A DNA stretch of 64,000 nt from Candidatus Shapirobacteria bacterium (GCA_016188545.1 JACPHO010000001.1:14249-78248), one strand, 5' to 3'; shown: positions 1 to 9,648, numbered from the stretch's first letter. Notes: generated by a model from the letters alone, not told the origin. Program-made: numbers and translations.

Positions 1-112
1 GATGGCAATTCTTTTGTTAGGGGACCACTAAAACGTCAACTCATCAAACAATATTTTGATAGTATTTCTACAACCGGTGTTACTAAAGATTATTTTTGGG
101 GTACACTAACTT

Positions 113-1888
113 ATGAGTGAAAAAATTAACCTTTCCCATTTAGATATTCCCTCCACTACTCCATTAGTTACTCCATCCCTTCCACCAACCAAAACTTTTC
201 CTCGTATCCCACTCGCCGTCACCATTCCTATTATAGTTCTCATGTTTTTTGCCACATTTACCTATGCCTTCAACCTTGGTAAAAATACCAATCCTCCTAT
301 CGTCCAAGCACCTACCCCCACTTCTTACCCCCAAGTTTCTCCCACCCAATATGTTTCACCACCAACCCCCACTGGCATCTCATTAAATTTATCGACACTC
401 AATCCGGGAAATATTACCTGGCTCCAATTCCCCACACCTGCCAGTCTTGATGTATATCAAAAACCCGATGCTCAGGGATATATCGGTAATAGCAACATCA
501 TCTATAAGGACATCAAGTATCTCCAGGTAGGCAACTTTTCCGATGGCTCCAAGCTTATCAATGCCATGGTTCCTTCCGAAGGAATGGGTATTTGGTATCA
601 TGTTGAACATTTTGTTACGACTCCACAGGGAACTATCTATATGATTACCCCGGGTAAAAACATTACTTCCTATAACAATCCCACCGTCTATCTCAAGCCT
701 GAAGTAAAGTTTACCGACTTAAAGATTCCCGGACTCGAATCTCCCGATATTATTAGTACCGACAAAGGGGACTTCGGTTCTACTACCTTTTTTATGGATA
801 ACACCATCTCTTTTACCGAACTAAAAAATCCTGAACAAGTTATCGACACTCCCTACGGTCGTATATATAGTGTCTACACCGATTCTTCAAAAGATTTAAA
901 CATCACCATCGATGGTGGTATCTATGACCGCAAGTTTTGGCTTCGTCTCAAAGACGATACCGTCCGTGGTTATGAATTATCAATCAAGTTTATAACCGAT
1001 GATAAAATCCCCAAAATTACTTGGGACGATGGCACCTCCAACACCATAGCTTTCGATGCCGGCTTCGGAGGTAAGTGTGGTTCAAACTTTGCCAAACTTT
1101 TCCGAGGTAATACCCCAATGAACAGTCAATTTAGTAAAGTAGGTACAAATTCTCTTGGCGAGCCTGTCTACGCCATCAGTGATAAGTCCCATCCAGTCTA
1201 TAAACGAATCTATGACGGGCTCGACGTTAGTGCCCGACCCGATATGGACACCTTCCTTAAGCGTCACAATCACTTCATCTGGCAAGAGCCACTAGGTGAC
1301 TGGTGGTTATTTATCAGTACAGAGAACATTATTCAGGCCGAATGCGCCAAGCCGGTAGTCTATCTTTATCCTCAAAAAGATACTGTCGTTAATGTTCGTG
1401 TCGGTGCGCAAGTTACCGAGTCAGAACCACTTTACCCCAGTAATGGTTGGAACGTCTTAGCTCACCCAAATAGCCAGCTGGAATATCAAGGTAACACCTA
1501 TCCCAATTTATTTTGGGAGGGGACGGGCAACGGTATTTATCCCAACAAAGATAACTACGGTTTCGTCGTTTCCCAGTCAGAGTTAGTTTCTACTCTAAAA
1601 TCCCAACTGGCTCAGTTAGGACTTAATCCCCAAGAATCGGCAGATTTTATGGAGTTTTGGCAACCAAAGCTACCCACTAGTCCTTATGTAAGATTAACTT
1701 GGCTTAATACAGCTGATATGGACCGGCTCGCGCCTTTGACTGTATCACCACGACCAGATACTTCTATTAGAATATTTTTAGATTTTGCTCCACTTGATCA
1801 ACCAATTAGTCTAATTCCTCAAGAACTATCATCTCCAGCACGCCAAGGATTCACTTTAGTGGAGTGGGGTGGGTTATTAGTGAAATAA
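113..1888 (+). CDS. Membrane-anchored hypothetical protein with conserved C-terminal KPVVYLYP...LFWEG...VEWGG domain
   Basis: 591 aa ORF; N-terminal TM helix, Pro/Thr linker, recognisable uncharacterised C-terminal domain. Confidence 0.8.
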   Translation: MSEKINLSHLDIPSTTPLVTPSLPPTKTFPRIPLAVTIPIIVLMFFATFTYAFNLGKNTNPPIVQAPTPTSYPQVSPTQYVSPPTPTGISLNLSTLNPGNITWLQFPTPASLDVYQKPDAQGYIGNSNIIYKDIKYLQVGNFSDGSKLINAMVPSEGMGIWYHVEHFVTTPQGTIYMITPGKNITSYNNPTVYLKPEVKFTDLKIPGLESPDIISTDKGDFGSTTFFMDNTISFTELKNPEQVIDTPYGRIYSVYTDSSKDLNITIDGGIYDRKFWLRLKDDTVRGYELSIKFITDDKIPKITWDDGTSNTIAFDAGFGGKCGSNFAKLFRGNTPMNSQFSKVGTNSLGEPVYAISDKSHPVYKRIYDGLDVSARPDMDTFLKRHNHFIWQEPLGDWWLFISTENIIQAECAKPVVYLYPQKDTVVNVRVGAQVTESEPLYPSNGWNVLAHPNSQLEYQGNTYPNLFWEGTGNGIYPNKDNYGFVVSQSELVSTLKSQLAQLGLNPQESADFMEFWQPKLPTSPYVRLTWLNTADMDRLAPLTVSPRPDTSIRIFLDFAPLDQPISLIPQELSSPARQGFTLVEWGGLLVK

Positions 1889-1889
1889 T

Positions 1890-2096
1890 CTAGGTCAAAT
1901 CCGCTCTGTTAATGGCTGGAGCAACTCTTTCCGCGACACCTATTACTTCAGCCCCAAAAAGCAAAGTGCATCCGCGACATTCAGGTAAGGTACCGCAATC
2001 TTTTAAGGCTGGATTTAATGCCCTAGCTTGCTGATCATGCATAGCGGCAGTACTTACTGCTTGTCCCGCAGCTAACATCTCATGCATGGATTTCAT
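1890..2096 (-). CDS. Small hypothetical protein
   Basis: 68 aa ORF filling an intergenic gap; no recognisable motif apart from a CxxC-like cluster. Confidence 0.4.
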   Translation of the reverse strand: MKSMHEMLAAGQAVSTAAMHDQQARALNPALKDCGTLPECRGCTLLFGAEVIGVAERVAPAINRADLT

Positions 2097-2172
2097 TTCA
2101 CCAGAGTGAGATTTTATATTACACGTAGTAAATATTTAGTCGCTATATATTTGTTTTTCCTTCGGGCAAGTT

Positions 2173-2235
2173 AAGACAGGAAGTAAACCTAGAAATGAAT
2201 TAAAATTACGCATCAAAGGGTCCTTAGTTCTTTGA
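2173..2235 (+). pseudogene. 3' relic of a paralogous GIY-YIG gene
   Basis: Translates KTGSKPRNELKLRIKGSLVL*, versus KSGSKPRNELKLRIKESLIL* at the end of 2303..2560; 35-nt exact match 2184-2218 / 2509-2543. Confidence 0.85.
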
Positions 2236-2239
2236 CTGT

Positions 2240-2275
2240 GACCCGGTAGCCCGGCCAAGCCGGGTACAGCGGTCT
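2240..2275 (+). pseudogene. 5' half of tRNA-Cys with the D-arm replaced by a GC hairpin
   Basis: GACCCGGTAG-[CCCGGC CAA GCCGGG]-TACAGCGGTCT matches the 5' half of tRNA-Cys at 2565 and stops just before the anticodon. Confidence 0.85.
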
Positions 2276-2302
2276 TCATTTTGAAATCCGATATCTGACT
2301 GT

Positions 2303-2560
2303 ATGTACTATACGTATGTGCTAAAAAGCCTTAAAGATGGAAAACTTTATACAGGATATACTTCAGATTTAGAAAAACGTTTTACACAACATTGCACAGG
2401 ATTAGTTAAGTCGACGTGTAACCGCCGACCCCTTAAAATAATTTATTATCAAGCTTTCATTTCTGAGCAAGATGCAAGAAATGAGGAAAAGTATTTAAAG
2501 TCTGGATCTAAACCTAGAAATGAATTAAAATTACGCATCAAAGAATCCCTTATTCTTTGA
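2303..2560 (+). CDS. Small stand-alone GIY-YIG nuclease
   Basis: YTYVL...LYTGYT..L.KR..QH..G motif and A..EEKYLK. Confidence 0.92.
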   Translation: MYYTYVLKSLKDGKLYTGYTSDLEKRFTQHCTGLVKSTCNRRPLKIIYYQAFISEQDARNEEKYLKSGSKPRNELKLRIKESLIL

Positions 2561-2564
2561 CTGT

Positions 2565-2635
2565 GACCCGGTAGTAAAGCGGTTATACAGCGGTCTGCAA
2601 AACCGTTTAGGCGGGTTCAACTCCCGCCCGGGTCT
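2565..2635 (+). tRNA. tRNA-Cys(GCA)
   Basis: Cloverleaf: GACCCGG/CCGGGTC acceptor, GCGGT-CTGCAAA-ACCGT anticodon arm, GCGGG-TTCAACT-CCCGC T arm, U73; CCA not encoded. Confidence 0.96.
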
Positions 2636-2637
2636 CA

Positions 2638-3131
2638 CTATATTTTCTTTGGTATCTCCAGTAATTCTTTTTCCCATAGTTTCTGCGTCTCGTCAAACAA
2701 ATATCCTCCTGCGACATTTTTACCATTCAGTACTAATGGCAACCAATCCCTGTCATCATCCCACATCAGATCATAGGGTATCTCGTCAAATTTAAACCAT
2801 TTTGGAGCCATTTCCTCACTCTCTACCGGCTCTCCCTCCCAGTTCGTTGCCAAAAAGACAATTACTCTTTGACTCCACTCTGGTTTGTCATCGAAGTAAA
2901 AATCAATAGCCCCCACTTTCTCTAACTCTGTAGCAGTTACCCCTACTTCCTCCATCAATTCTCTTTTAGCTGCCTCTTCAATACTTTCGCCATCATTCTT
3001 CTTTCCCCTGCTCCATTCCATTTTCCTTTGCCAAAACCCCGCTTCTTCATCGCCAAAAGTATTTCGTTATCTTTCACCAAAAATACTATCGTCGCCTGCC
3101 GGAGGTCGGGGTATCTTCTTCGATTATCCAA
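2638..3131 (-). pseudogene. MTH1-like 8-oxo-dGTPase (Nudix), frameshifted near 3005
   Basis: Upstream frame gives QATIVFLVKDNEILLAMKKRGFGKGKWNGAG; downstream frame gives KKNDGESIEEAAKRELMEEVG...MWDDDRDWLP. One G is missing from a G run. Start uncertain. Confidence 0.75.
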
Positions 3132-3171
3132 AAGGTTTATTACTTATTTTAGACCTCTCCAATCAATTATC

Positions 3172-3381
3172 CTATTCGCGTGGTAGGTTATCCGCTAGGG
3201 ACTGGATACTTACAATTCTGGTTAGGGGCATACTGCATATAGGACAGCTCTCATTCGGTACAATCTGTCTAATTTTCATCAACTTAACTTTTTCTGGCGA
3301 CTCGGCCTCAGTTGTGGTTGTTATTGTACCGGTGCATGCTTCAGCACCAAAATGACCTATTGTCACCATATATTTAGGCAT
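3172..3381 (-). CDS. Small hypothetical protein (CPIC motif)
   Basis: 69 aa ORF with TATAAT 8 nt upstream of ATG. Confidence 0.55.
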   Translation of the reverse strand: MPKYMVTIGHFGAEACTGTITTTTEAESPEKVKLMKIRQIVPNESCPICSMPLTRIVSIQSLADNLPRE

Positions 3382-3397
3382 AGGATCGTATTATACC

Positions 3398-4096
3398 CTA
3401 ATATCCACCGACTTTGTACTTTTGTTCACTCATCTCAAATTTATCACCCATCGCCATGTCGAGACTCTCCAACACTCCATCAAATAAATCAGCACGTTCC
3501 TCAATCTCTCTTCTAGTCATCCAAACATTTTTTCCACCCTCAAAATCGGCGACCAGCTCTCCTTTGATTTGGGTCACAGATATTACCCAAAAGTATTTGT
3601 CTTCAAGAATATTTCCTTCCTGGTCATAGTCCATTTTATGCTTAATACCAGCTATTTTAAATTCCCCATCCAAGTCTGTTTCTTCTATCAATTCTCTTCT
3701 TGCTCCTTCCAATATTGTCTCCCCCCACTTTAATTTCCCGGTTACAAATCCCCAAAATCCATAATATGGTTGCTTCAATCTTTGCTGGAGTAGATAAAGT
3801 CTTTTTGACCCGATCCGTTTTGACACCACAATTAGTACCGCCACTTTTGCTTGTTTCTCAACCTCGTTCTCTTCCGTATCAAATCTATTTGCAAACTCTT
3901 TTCCTTTTGCAGTCAAACTGTATTTTGTATCAATTTTAGTCAATAGTTTCCAGTTTGCTAATTGCCTAATATGGAAACTAAATAGGTCGGTGCTTATTTT
4001 TTTCTTATTAAGTTGACCAAAGCCAGCACTAGTTACAAATAATAATTCCCTCAATATTCCTGCCTGTATTGGGTGAACATCAAAATCTTTGATCAT
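3398..4096 (-). CDS. Winged-helix plus Nudix hydrolase fusion
   Basis: N-terminal wHTH-like (FSFHIRQL...YSLTAKG); Nudix box GKLKWGETILEGARRELIEETDL. Confidence 0.85.
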   Translation of the reverse strand: MIKDFDVHPIQAGILRELLFVTSAGFGQLNKKKISTDLFSFHIRQLANWKLLTKIDTKYSLTAKGKEFANRFDTEENEVEKQAKVAVLIVVSKRIGSKRLYLLQQRLKQPYYGFWGFVTGKLKWGETILEGARRELIEETDLDGEFKIAGIKHKMDYDQEGNILEDKYFWVISVTQIKGELVADFEGGKNVWMTRREIEERADLFDGVLESLDMAMGDKFEMSEQKYKVGGY

Positions 4097-4145
4097 GCCC
4101 GATTGTCACCCAATACCCTCAGTTGGTCAAGTGAAACCAGATTAA

Positions 4146-4361
4146 CTAACTATTTTCGGCGTAAATTATTGTCACCTCAGGATGTTTTTCTGGTTCTTTT
4201 AGTACTGCCAGCAGTTGCATTAACGCGTTATACACCAGCCCGGATGTTACCCTGGTCGTCGGTACCTCTGCTACCTCAGTATTGGTAGATTCCGCCACCA
4301 TTGTTGACGCCTGCCTCTTATGTGGCCAGTTTATGGATTTATCAAGTGCACATGGCTCCAT
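4146..4361 (-). CDS. Small hypothetical protein
   Basis: 71 aa ORF co-oriented with neighbours. Confidence 0.4.
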   Translation of the reverse strand: MEPCALDKSINWPHKRQASTMVAESTNTEVAEVPTTRVTSGLVYNALMQLLAVLKEPEKHPEVTIIYAENS

Positions 4362-4378
4362 TAGCTAAGTCCCAAGAA

Positions 4379-4600
4379 TTATTTGACTGCTTCCTCCAGT
4401 TCTACTTCCCTAACTGCTGGCATTTCCGCAGTGACATATATTCCCATCATACTTCGCCCAGCATCATTTAATTGTTCGACTGGAATCTGTCTTCTTCCCC
4501 AAGTAACTATTTTTGGTTCACCTTCAATAAAAGTAAGTGCCGGTTTTTCTTGCCACAGTCTCATTTTTGTTTCTCTCCAAATTGGTGCAGGTCCGCTCAT
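4379..4600 (-). CDS. Small hypothetical protein
   Basis: ORF likely starts at ATG 4600, coupled to the upstream stop (TAATG). Confidence 0.5.
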   Translation of the reverse strand: MSGPAPIWRETKMRLWQEKPALTFIEGEPKIVTWGRRQIPVEQLNDAGRSMMGIYVTAEMPAVREVELEEAVK

Positions 4601-4938
4601 TATTTTCTCAAAACCATGAATGTCCAATAAGCTAGGTATCCCAAGAGTACTGCTTGAATTCCAATAGCTGCAGTGAACACATTTCCAGTGACTAGTACTA
4701 TTCGACCATATTTAAGTAGGTCATAAATAACTCGTAAAATAACGTAAAATATCATAGGGATCATAGCTGTCAAGCTGATTAAAAAAATCTGCGATTTATC
4801 TTCTTCGTCCCTGATTTTTTTAATCGTCAAGTAAGGGCGGTAGTAAAGATTGTATAAATTCCGACCCAAAAAATAGACTTGCCTAACGCAAATCAGAATC
4901 CACAACTGCCACAGTTTCTTTAGCCTTTTTACGATCAT
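4600..4938 (-). CDS. Small membrane protein (possible anti-sigma partner)
   Basis: Hydrophobic segments; overlaps the 3' end of the ECF sigma gene. Confidence 0.6.
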   Translation of the reverse strand: MIVKRLKKLWQLWILICVRQVYFLGRNLYNLYYRPYLTIKKIRDEEDKSQIFLISLTAMIPMIFYVILRVIYDLLKYGRIVLVTGNVFTAAIGIQAVLLGYLAYWTFMVLRK

Positions 4939-5419
4939 ATATCCATAGCCGTTGGAATTCCTTTTTTGCTCTTATCAACTTCGACTCAACCGACTTAATA
5001 CTGGTTGCAGTCATCTGGGCAATTTTGGCAATTTTCCAACCGTCTACGTACTTTAGTCGCAGTAATTTTGAATATCCTGCCTTCATCTCCATCAGGGTAT
5101 TTTCAATTTCACTTTTCAGTTCATTTTTTAATACATCTCTTTCGGGTGACAGCGCCTTATCGGCAATTTCCTCAAATATAGGGCTAGCCGAAAACAATAC
5201 CGTTTTCAATTTCTTTTTACGGTAATGGTCGATGACTTTGTGTTTGGCAATAGAACAGATAAACGAAAATTCTGAGCATCTTCCACCAAAACTCGGCATT
5301 GACTCAATAGCGTTCATCAACACATCATTTGTCAATTCATCCACAACCCCCTCATCATCAATCTTCCGGCTGATAAATCCCCGTATCCCTTTGTAGTACT
5401 TTTGGTACAGATCCTCCAT
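4883..5419 (-). CDS. ECF-type sigma-70 factor
   Basis: Region 2 (DELTNDV...FSFICSIAKHKVIDHYRKK) and region 4 (LKYVDG..IAKIA...SVESKLIRAK). Confidence 0.92.
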   Translation of the reverse strand: MEDLYQKYYKGIRGFISRKIDDEGVVDELTNDVLMNAIESMPSFGGRCSEFSFICSIAKHKVIDHYRKKKLKTVLFSASPIFEEIADKALSPERDVLKNELKSEIENTLMEMKAGYSKLLRLKYVDGWKIAKIAQMTATSIKSVESKLIRAKKEFQRLWIYDRKKAKETVAVVDSDLR

Positions 5420-5457
5420 AGTATCGATACTTTACCATAATTAATCTATACTAAATT

Positions 5458-6246
5458 ATGCTCTTCCGAAGATCTCCGCATGCCCTGGAAAAACTATCCA
5501 AAGAACTAAGGCAACTCATGCTTGATACTACCTATATTGCCGGTTCAGCTCATATCGGTGGTGCCCTCTCGGTACTCGACATAATTGTTGCCCTATATAA
5601 TTCTCCTGACCTGAACTTTGAAAAAGACCATTTTATACTTTCAGCCGGTCACCTCTGCTTGGCCCACTACGCCGTCCTTTCAAAAATTCATCATATATCC
5701 GAAAAACAACTTCAAACCTTCACTCAACTGGGATCCATCTTTCAGGGCCATGAATCTACTGATGTTCCAGGCGTTGAGTTTAGCTCTGGTAGCTTAGGTC
5801 AGGGATTATCTTTTGCGGCCGGTTTAGCCTTGGGTGACAAAGATAGTCATGTCGTTTGCGTCACCTCCGATGGTGAACATAATGAAGGTCAGATCTGGGA
5901 AGCTCTTATGTTTGCCAACAAGTATCATTTAGGTAACATTATTAATGTGGTTGACTATAACGGTATTCAGATTGATGGTAAGACTGAAGACATCATGCCT
6001 CTTGGTGAACTAGCCGCCAAATATCTTCGCTTCGGTTGGACTGTGACTACGGTCGATGGTCATGATTTTACCTCCCTTCTAAAAACTATCAAGCAAGCCA
6101 AAAATTCAACAATTTATCCTGCCTGTATCATTGCCAAAACTACCTTTGGTAAGGGAATTTCTTATATGGAAAACAATTCCGAATATCATCACATAAAAAA
6201 CCTTTCAGACAAACTTTATCAACTAGGGTTGGAGGAGCTATCTTAG
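5458..6246 (+). CDS. tktA: Transketolase N-terminal subunit
   Basis: HIGGALS, DHFILSAGH, GSLGQG, SDGEHNEGQIWEA TPP motif. Confidence 0.93.
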   Translation: MLFRRSPHALEKLSKELRQLMLDTTYIAGSAHIGGALSVLDIIVALYNSPDLNFEKDHFILSAGHLCLAHYAVLSKIHHISEKQLQTFTQLGSIFQGHESTDVPGVEFSSGSLGQGLSFAAGLALGDKDSHVVCVTSDGEHNEGQIWEALMFANKYHLGNIINVVDYNGIQIDGKTEDIMPLGELAAKYLRFGWTVTTVDGHDFTSLLKTIKQAKNSTIYPACIIAKTTFGKGISYMENNSEYHHIKNLSDKLYQLGLEELS

Positions 6247-6252
6247 TTTTTA

Positions 6253-6273
6253 TTCATACATCATAAATCATGA
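6253..6273 (+). repeat. Degenerate heptamer array (wTCATAh type)
   Basis: TTCATAC ATCATAA ATCATGA; same unit at 43465, 47230 and 55211. Confidence 0.55.
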
Positions 6274-7199
6274 GTCATATATCCCACAACCAAGCCTCCA
6301 TCCGTCAGTCGTTTGGAGACACTATCTACGAACTTGGATCGATTATGCCCGATCTCTATGTAGTTAGCATGGATCTACGTGAATCCATGAGGTTAACCCG
6401 ATTCGCCAATAAGTTTCGTTCTCGTTTTATCGAATGCGGTGTCTCTGAAAACAACGCTGCGGGTGTCGCTGCTGGCTTGGCAAAAGCTGGTAAGACAGTT
6501 TTTCTTGCTTCCTTCGCCTGTTTTTCTCCTGGTGTCAACTGGGGTACAATTCGTGAATCAATTTGTTACAACAATGCTAATGTCAAAATTGTTGGAGGTT
6601 ATGCTGGTTTAATGGCAGGAGTTCTCGGGGCCACTCATCAAATGTTGGAGGATATTTCTCTCGTCAGAGCCCTACCAAATATGGAAGTTTTTTCACCCGT
6701 TGATGCTACGGAAACTGCCAAGATTGTTAAGGCAATCGCTCGCACCAAGTCACCTGCCTATCTTCGAATTGTAGCTCCAGAGACACCATTAGTTTTTCCT
6801 CCACATCTCTCGTTCACTATTGGAAAGTCGAACGTCTTAAAAAAAGGTCGGGACATAACTATTATTGGTCACGGTCCTATTTTGACATCAGCCTTTACCA
6901 TCAACAAACCATCACTTGAAATTATCAACTGTTCATCAATCAAGCCTTTAGATGAAAAAACCATCCTAGCAAGCATCAAGAAAACCGGTCGTTGTATTGT
7001 CATCGAGGATCATCAAAAAAATGGTGGGCTAGGGGAGGCCGTCGCCTCGGCTATTCTCTCGTCTGAAGTAAAGTGTAAGTTCGCCCATCTGGCAGTCGAC
7101 AATCACTTCGGTCAGTCCGGCAAGGATTATCATCAACTATATTCCCATTATCATATAGGTCAAAAGAACCTAGAAAACGCTATTAAAAAAATCCTATGA
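6270..7199 (+). CDS. tktB: Transketolase C-terminal subunit
   Basis: RFIECGVSENN, GATHQ, IEDHQKNGGLGEAV. Confidence 0.93.
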   Translation: MSHISHNQASIRQSFGDTIYELGSIMPDLYVVSMDLRESMRLTRFANKFRSRFIECGVSENNAAGVAAGLAKAGKTVFLASFACFSPGVNWGTIRESICYNNANVKIVGGYAGLMAGVLGATHQMLEDISLVRALPNMEVFSPVDATETAKIVKAIARTKSPAYLRIVAPETPLVFPPHLSFTIGKSNVLKKGRDITIIGHGPILTSAFTINKPSLEIINCSSIKPLDEKTILASIKKTGRCIVIEDHQKNGGLGEAVASAILSSEVKCKFAHLAVDNHFGQSGKDYHQLYSHYHIGQKNLENAIKKIL

Positions 7200-8026
7200 A
7201 CACGCTAAAAGAACAATTAACGCACTACAAAAATGAACACCGTGCCATGCCCTCTTTTAATATCGATTCTTTCGAGATTTTCCAGGCCGTAGAACATGCT
7301 GTCAAAGAAACTAGTCTCCCTTGTCTAGTCCAATTATCGGCCAACGAAGACAAATTTATCGAGGCCGAAAAACTATTTCTGTTAGTCAAAAAAGCCCAGC
7401 TCGAAGGCTTACCAATCTATCTGAATATGGATCACGGTAAAGATCTTCCTCGGTTATCTAAACTAGTCCAACTGGGTTTTGATATGGTCCATTTCGATGG
7501 GTCAGCTCTTCCATATCAAGAAAATCTGTCTGCAGCAACCTCGTTTATAAAAACACTTAAATCTACTCATCCAAATATCTTGGTAGAGGTTGAGTTTAAC
7601 CACATCAATTTACTTGAGGATGGAGTTGATCCAAAAAGTTTTACCGACCCCAGTCAAGCTGTAGAGTTTATGCAGACATCTGGCGCCGACCTATTAGCCG
7701 CTTCTATCGGCAATCTTCATGGCGCTAGTACCACCCTCCCCGAGAATGTCGACTTGGACTTACTTAAAACAATCACCTCTCTTCTTCCAGATAAGTTTTT
7801 TACTCTCCACGGCGGTTCTGGTATATCTACTGAGCAAGTTGCCGCTGCCATCGATCTGGGAATAGTTAAGATAAACATCAACACCGATCTCCGACAGCAG
7901 TTCAAAAGATCGCTAAAGTCAGCTATGGATACTATCAACTCTGAAAAGCTTTACGATTATTTTTATCCGGTTATTGATGCAGTCAAGTTAGTTGCGACAA
8001 ATAAACTTATCCAGTTTTCTCAATAG
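7196..8026 (+). CDS. fba: Class II fructose-bisphosphate aldolase
   Basis: MDHG, FDGS, GNLHG, LHGGSG, KININT. Confidence 0.93.
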   Translation: MNTLKEQLTHYKNEHRAMPSFNIDSFEIFQAVEHAVKETSLPCLVQLSANEDKFIEAEKLFLLVKKAQLEGLPIYLNMDHGKDLPRLSKLVQLGFDMVHFDGSALPYQENLSAATSFIKTLKSTHPNILVEVEFNHINLLEDGVDPKSFTDPSQAVEFMQTSGADLLAASIGNLHGASTTLPENVDLDLLKTITSLLPDKFFTLHGGSGISTEQVAAAIDLGIVKININTDLRQQFKRSLKSAMDTINSEKLYDYFYPVIDAVKLVATNKLIQFSQ

Positions 8027-8060
8027 TTACCATATTGTCTTTGTGCATTACAATTAATCT

Positions 8061-8981
8061 ATGTACGACGTTATTAGTCTCGGTGCTGCCACAGTTGATA
8101 TCTTTGTAAAATCTGACGGCTTTTCACTCCAGGATGATAAACTGGCGATAACCTATTCTAGTAAATACGAGATGACCGACAGTTTAATCTGCTCTGGTGG
8201 TGGTGCTACCAATTCTTCTGTCTCTCTTTCTCGGCTTGGGCTCAAGACCAGTTGTGTATCTCTTCTTGGTAACGATCCTTTGAGTTTGTATGTCTTTAAC
8301 GATCTCAAAGAAAACAACGTTAGTACTGACAATCTCGTTCACCTTAACAAAGAAGATACTGATTACTCGGTTATTTTGGTCGGTCCTGATGGGGGAAGAA
8401 CAATAGTTACTAATCGTGGTGTCAGTCGGCTTGAAAATGAAAACCTAAATTGGGATAAAATATCTCAGACCAGCTGGTTTTACATCACTTCACTTGAAGG
8501 AAACCTTGATCTACTAGAACAAATAATCGGCTTTGCCACCGAGCATCAAATCCGGGTTGCTCTCAACCCCGGCAATCGCGAATTGATGGATAGTAAACGT
8601 CTCATTCCATTGTTGTCTCACGTGGATTTTCTTTTACTAAATGGGATTGAGTCAGAGACTTTGACTGGTGTCCATGTCAACGAAGGCAACTACTGGGAAA
8701 CTTTACTTAGCTACGGTGCCAAAATTTCAGCTGTGACCAATGGTCGTCAGGGAGCCTACGTACTTACTTCCGAAGAGAAGCTATATTCACCAATTATTAA
8801 CACAACTCCAGTCGACGAAACTGGGGCAGGAGATTCTTTTGGTTCAGCTTTCGTTGGTGGTATTATCAACCGACTTTCTCCGGCAGATTCACTCTTTTGG
8901 GCTATTAAAAATTCTGCCTCAGTGGTTTCCGGTCTGGGAGCCAAAACGGGACTGTTAACTCTAGCTGAAATCAAGCAATAA
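8061..8981 (+). CDS. PfkB-family carbohydrate kinase
   Basis: GGGATN N-terminal motif and DETGAGDSFG. Confidence 0.93.
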   Translation: MYDVISLGAATVDIFVKSDGFSLQDDKLAITYSSKYEMTDSLICSGGGATNSSVSLSRLGLKTSCVSLLGNDPLSLYVFNDLKENNVSTDNLVHLNKEDTDYSVILVGPDGGRTIVTNRGVSRLENENLNWDKISQTSWFYITSLEGNLDLLEQIIGFATEHQIRVALNPGNRELMDSKRLIPLLSHVDFLLLNGIESETLTGVHVNEGNYWETLLSYGAKISAVTNGRQGAYVLTSEEKLYSPIINTTPVDETGAGDSFGSAFVGGIINRLSPADSLFWAIKNSASVVSGLGAKTGLLTLAEIKQ

Positions 8982-9003
8982 CCGATAAATATAAAAAATA
9001 AAT

Positions 9004-9648
9004 ATGCTAACGAAACTTGAGATGAGCAAAAAGAAGTCATACTCTTCAGACGTGCCGCCCGAAGAGGTGAGTGACTTATCTGAAATAAAACTCAAAAAAA
9101 AGCGCTTTTTTATAATACTTTCTATTGTCCTAACTATAGGACTAAGTCTGGTTTTTATCATTTATCGACAGGTGAAAGAGATAGTTGTCAACCCCAAGCT
9201 TTCTATCCCTCGTTTACCTCAGCTATCTCTTTCAAAACCAGTTGTCACTAGCGCCGATATTGAAGACCTGACCGCCGCCATTTCCCAAATTATTACCATC
9301 GATCAATCAAATTGGAACATCGTCGTTGCCAATAGTACTGCCGTGTACAATTGGCCTAGCAATCGTAACCATTTTGATCTGTCACAGGTAACTGCTATTT
9401 CCAATAAATTTTCCCGACTCCTCCCATCAACCCTACTTGCTGAGCTACTTCCCCAGGGACTTTTAGTTCGGGAAGAGTCTAGTAGTAATCAGGATCAACA
9501 AAAAATCACCGCTGTCATTTATCCACCAACATCTACTCCCATTTTTTTTGATCTCCAATATGAAGGAACAGCTGAAGAATTTCAAAAAATAATCACTGAA
9601 CTTATCCCTACTATTTACTGGAGTACGATTAGCCAATCAACCCCTTAA
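9004..9648 (+). CDS. Single-pass membrane hypothetical protein
   Basis: KKKRFF followed by a TM helix. Confidence 0.7.
   Translation: MLTKLEMSKKKSYSSDVPPEEVSDLSEIKLKKKRFFIILSIVLTIGLSLVFIIYRQVKEIVVNPKLSIPRLPQLSLSKPVVTSADIEDLTAAISQIITIDQSNWNIVVANSTAVYNWPSNRNHFDLSQVTAISNKFSRLLPSTLLAELLPQGLLVREESSSNQDQQKITAVIYPPTSTPIFFDLQYEGTAEEFQKIITELIPTIYWSTISQSTP

Noticed and set aside
2240-2635. tRNA-Cys split by a group I intron with a homing endonuclease
   Set aside because: The downstream tRNA is complete by itself, and the non-coding spacers (27 and 4 nt) leave no room for a ribozyme core.
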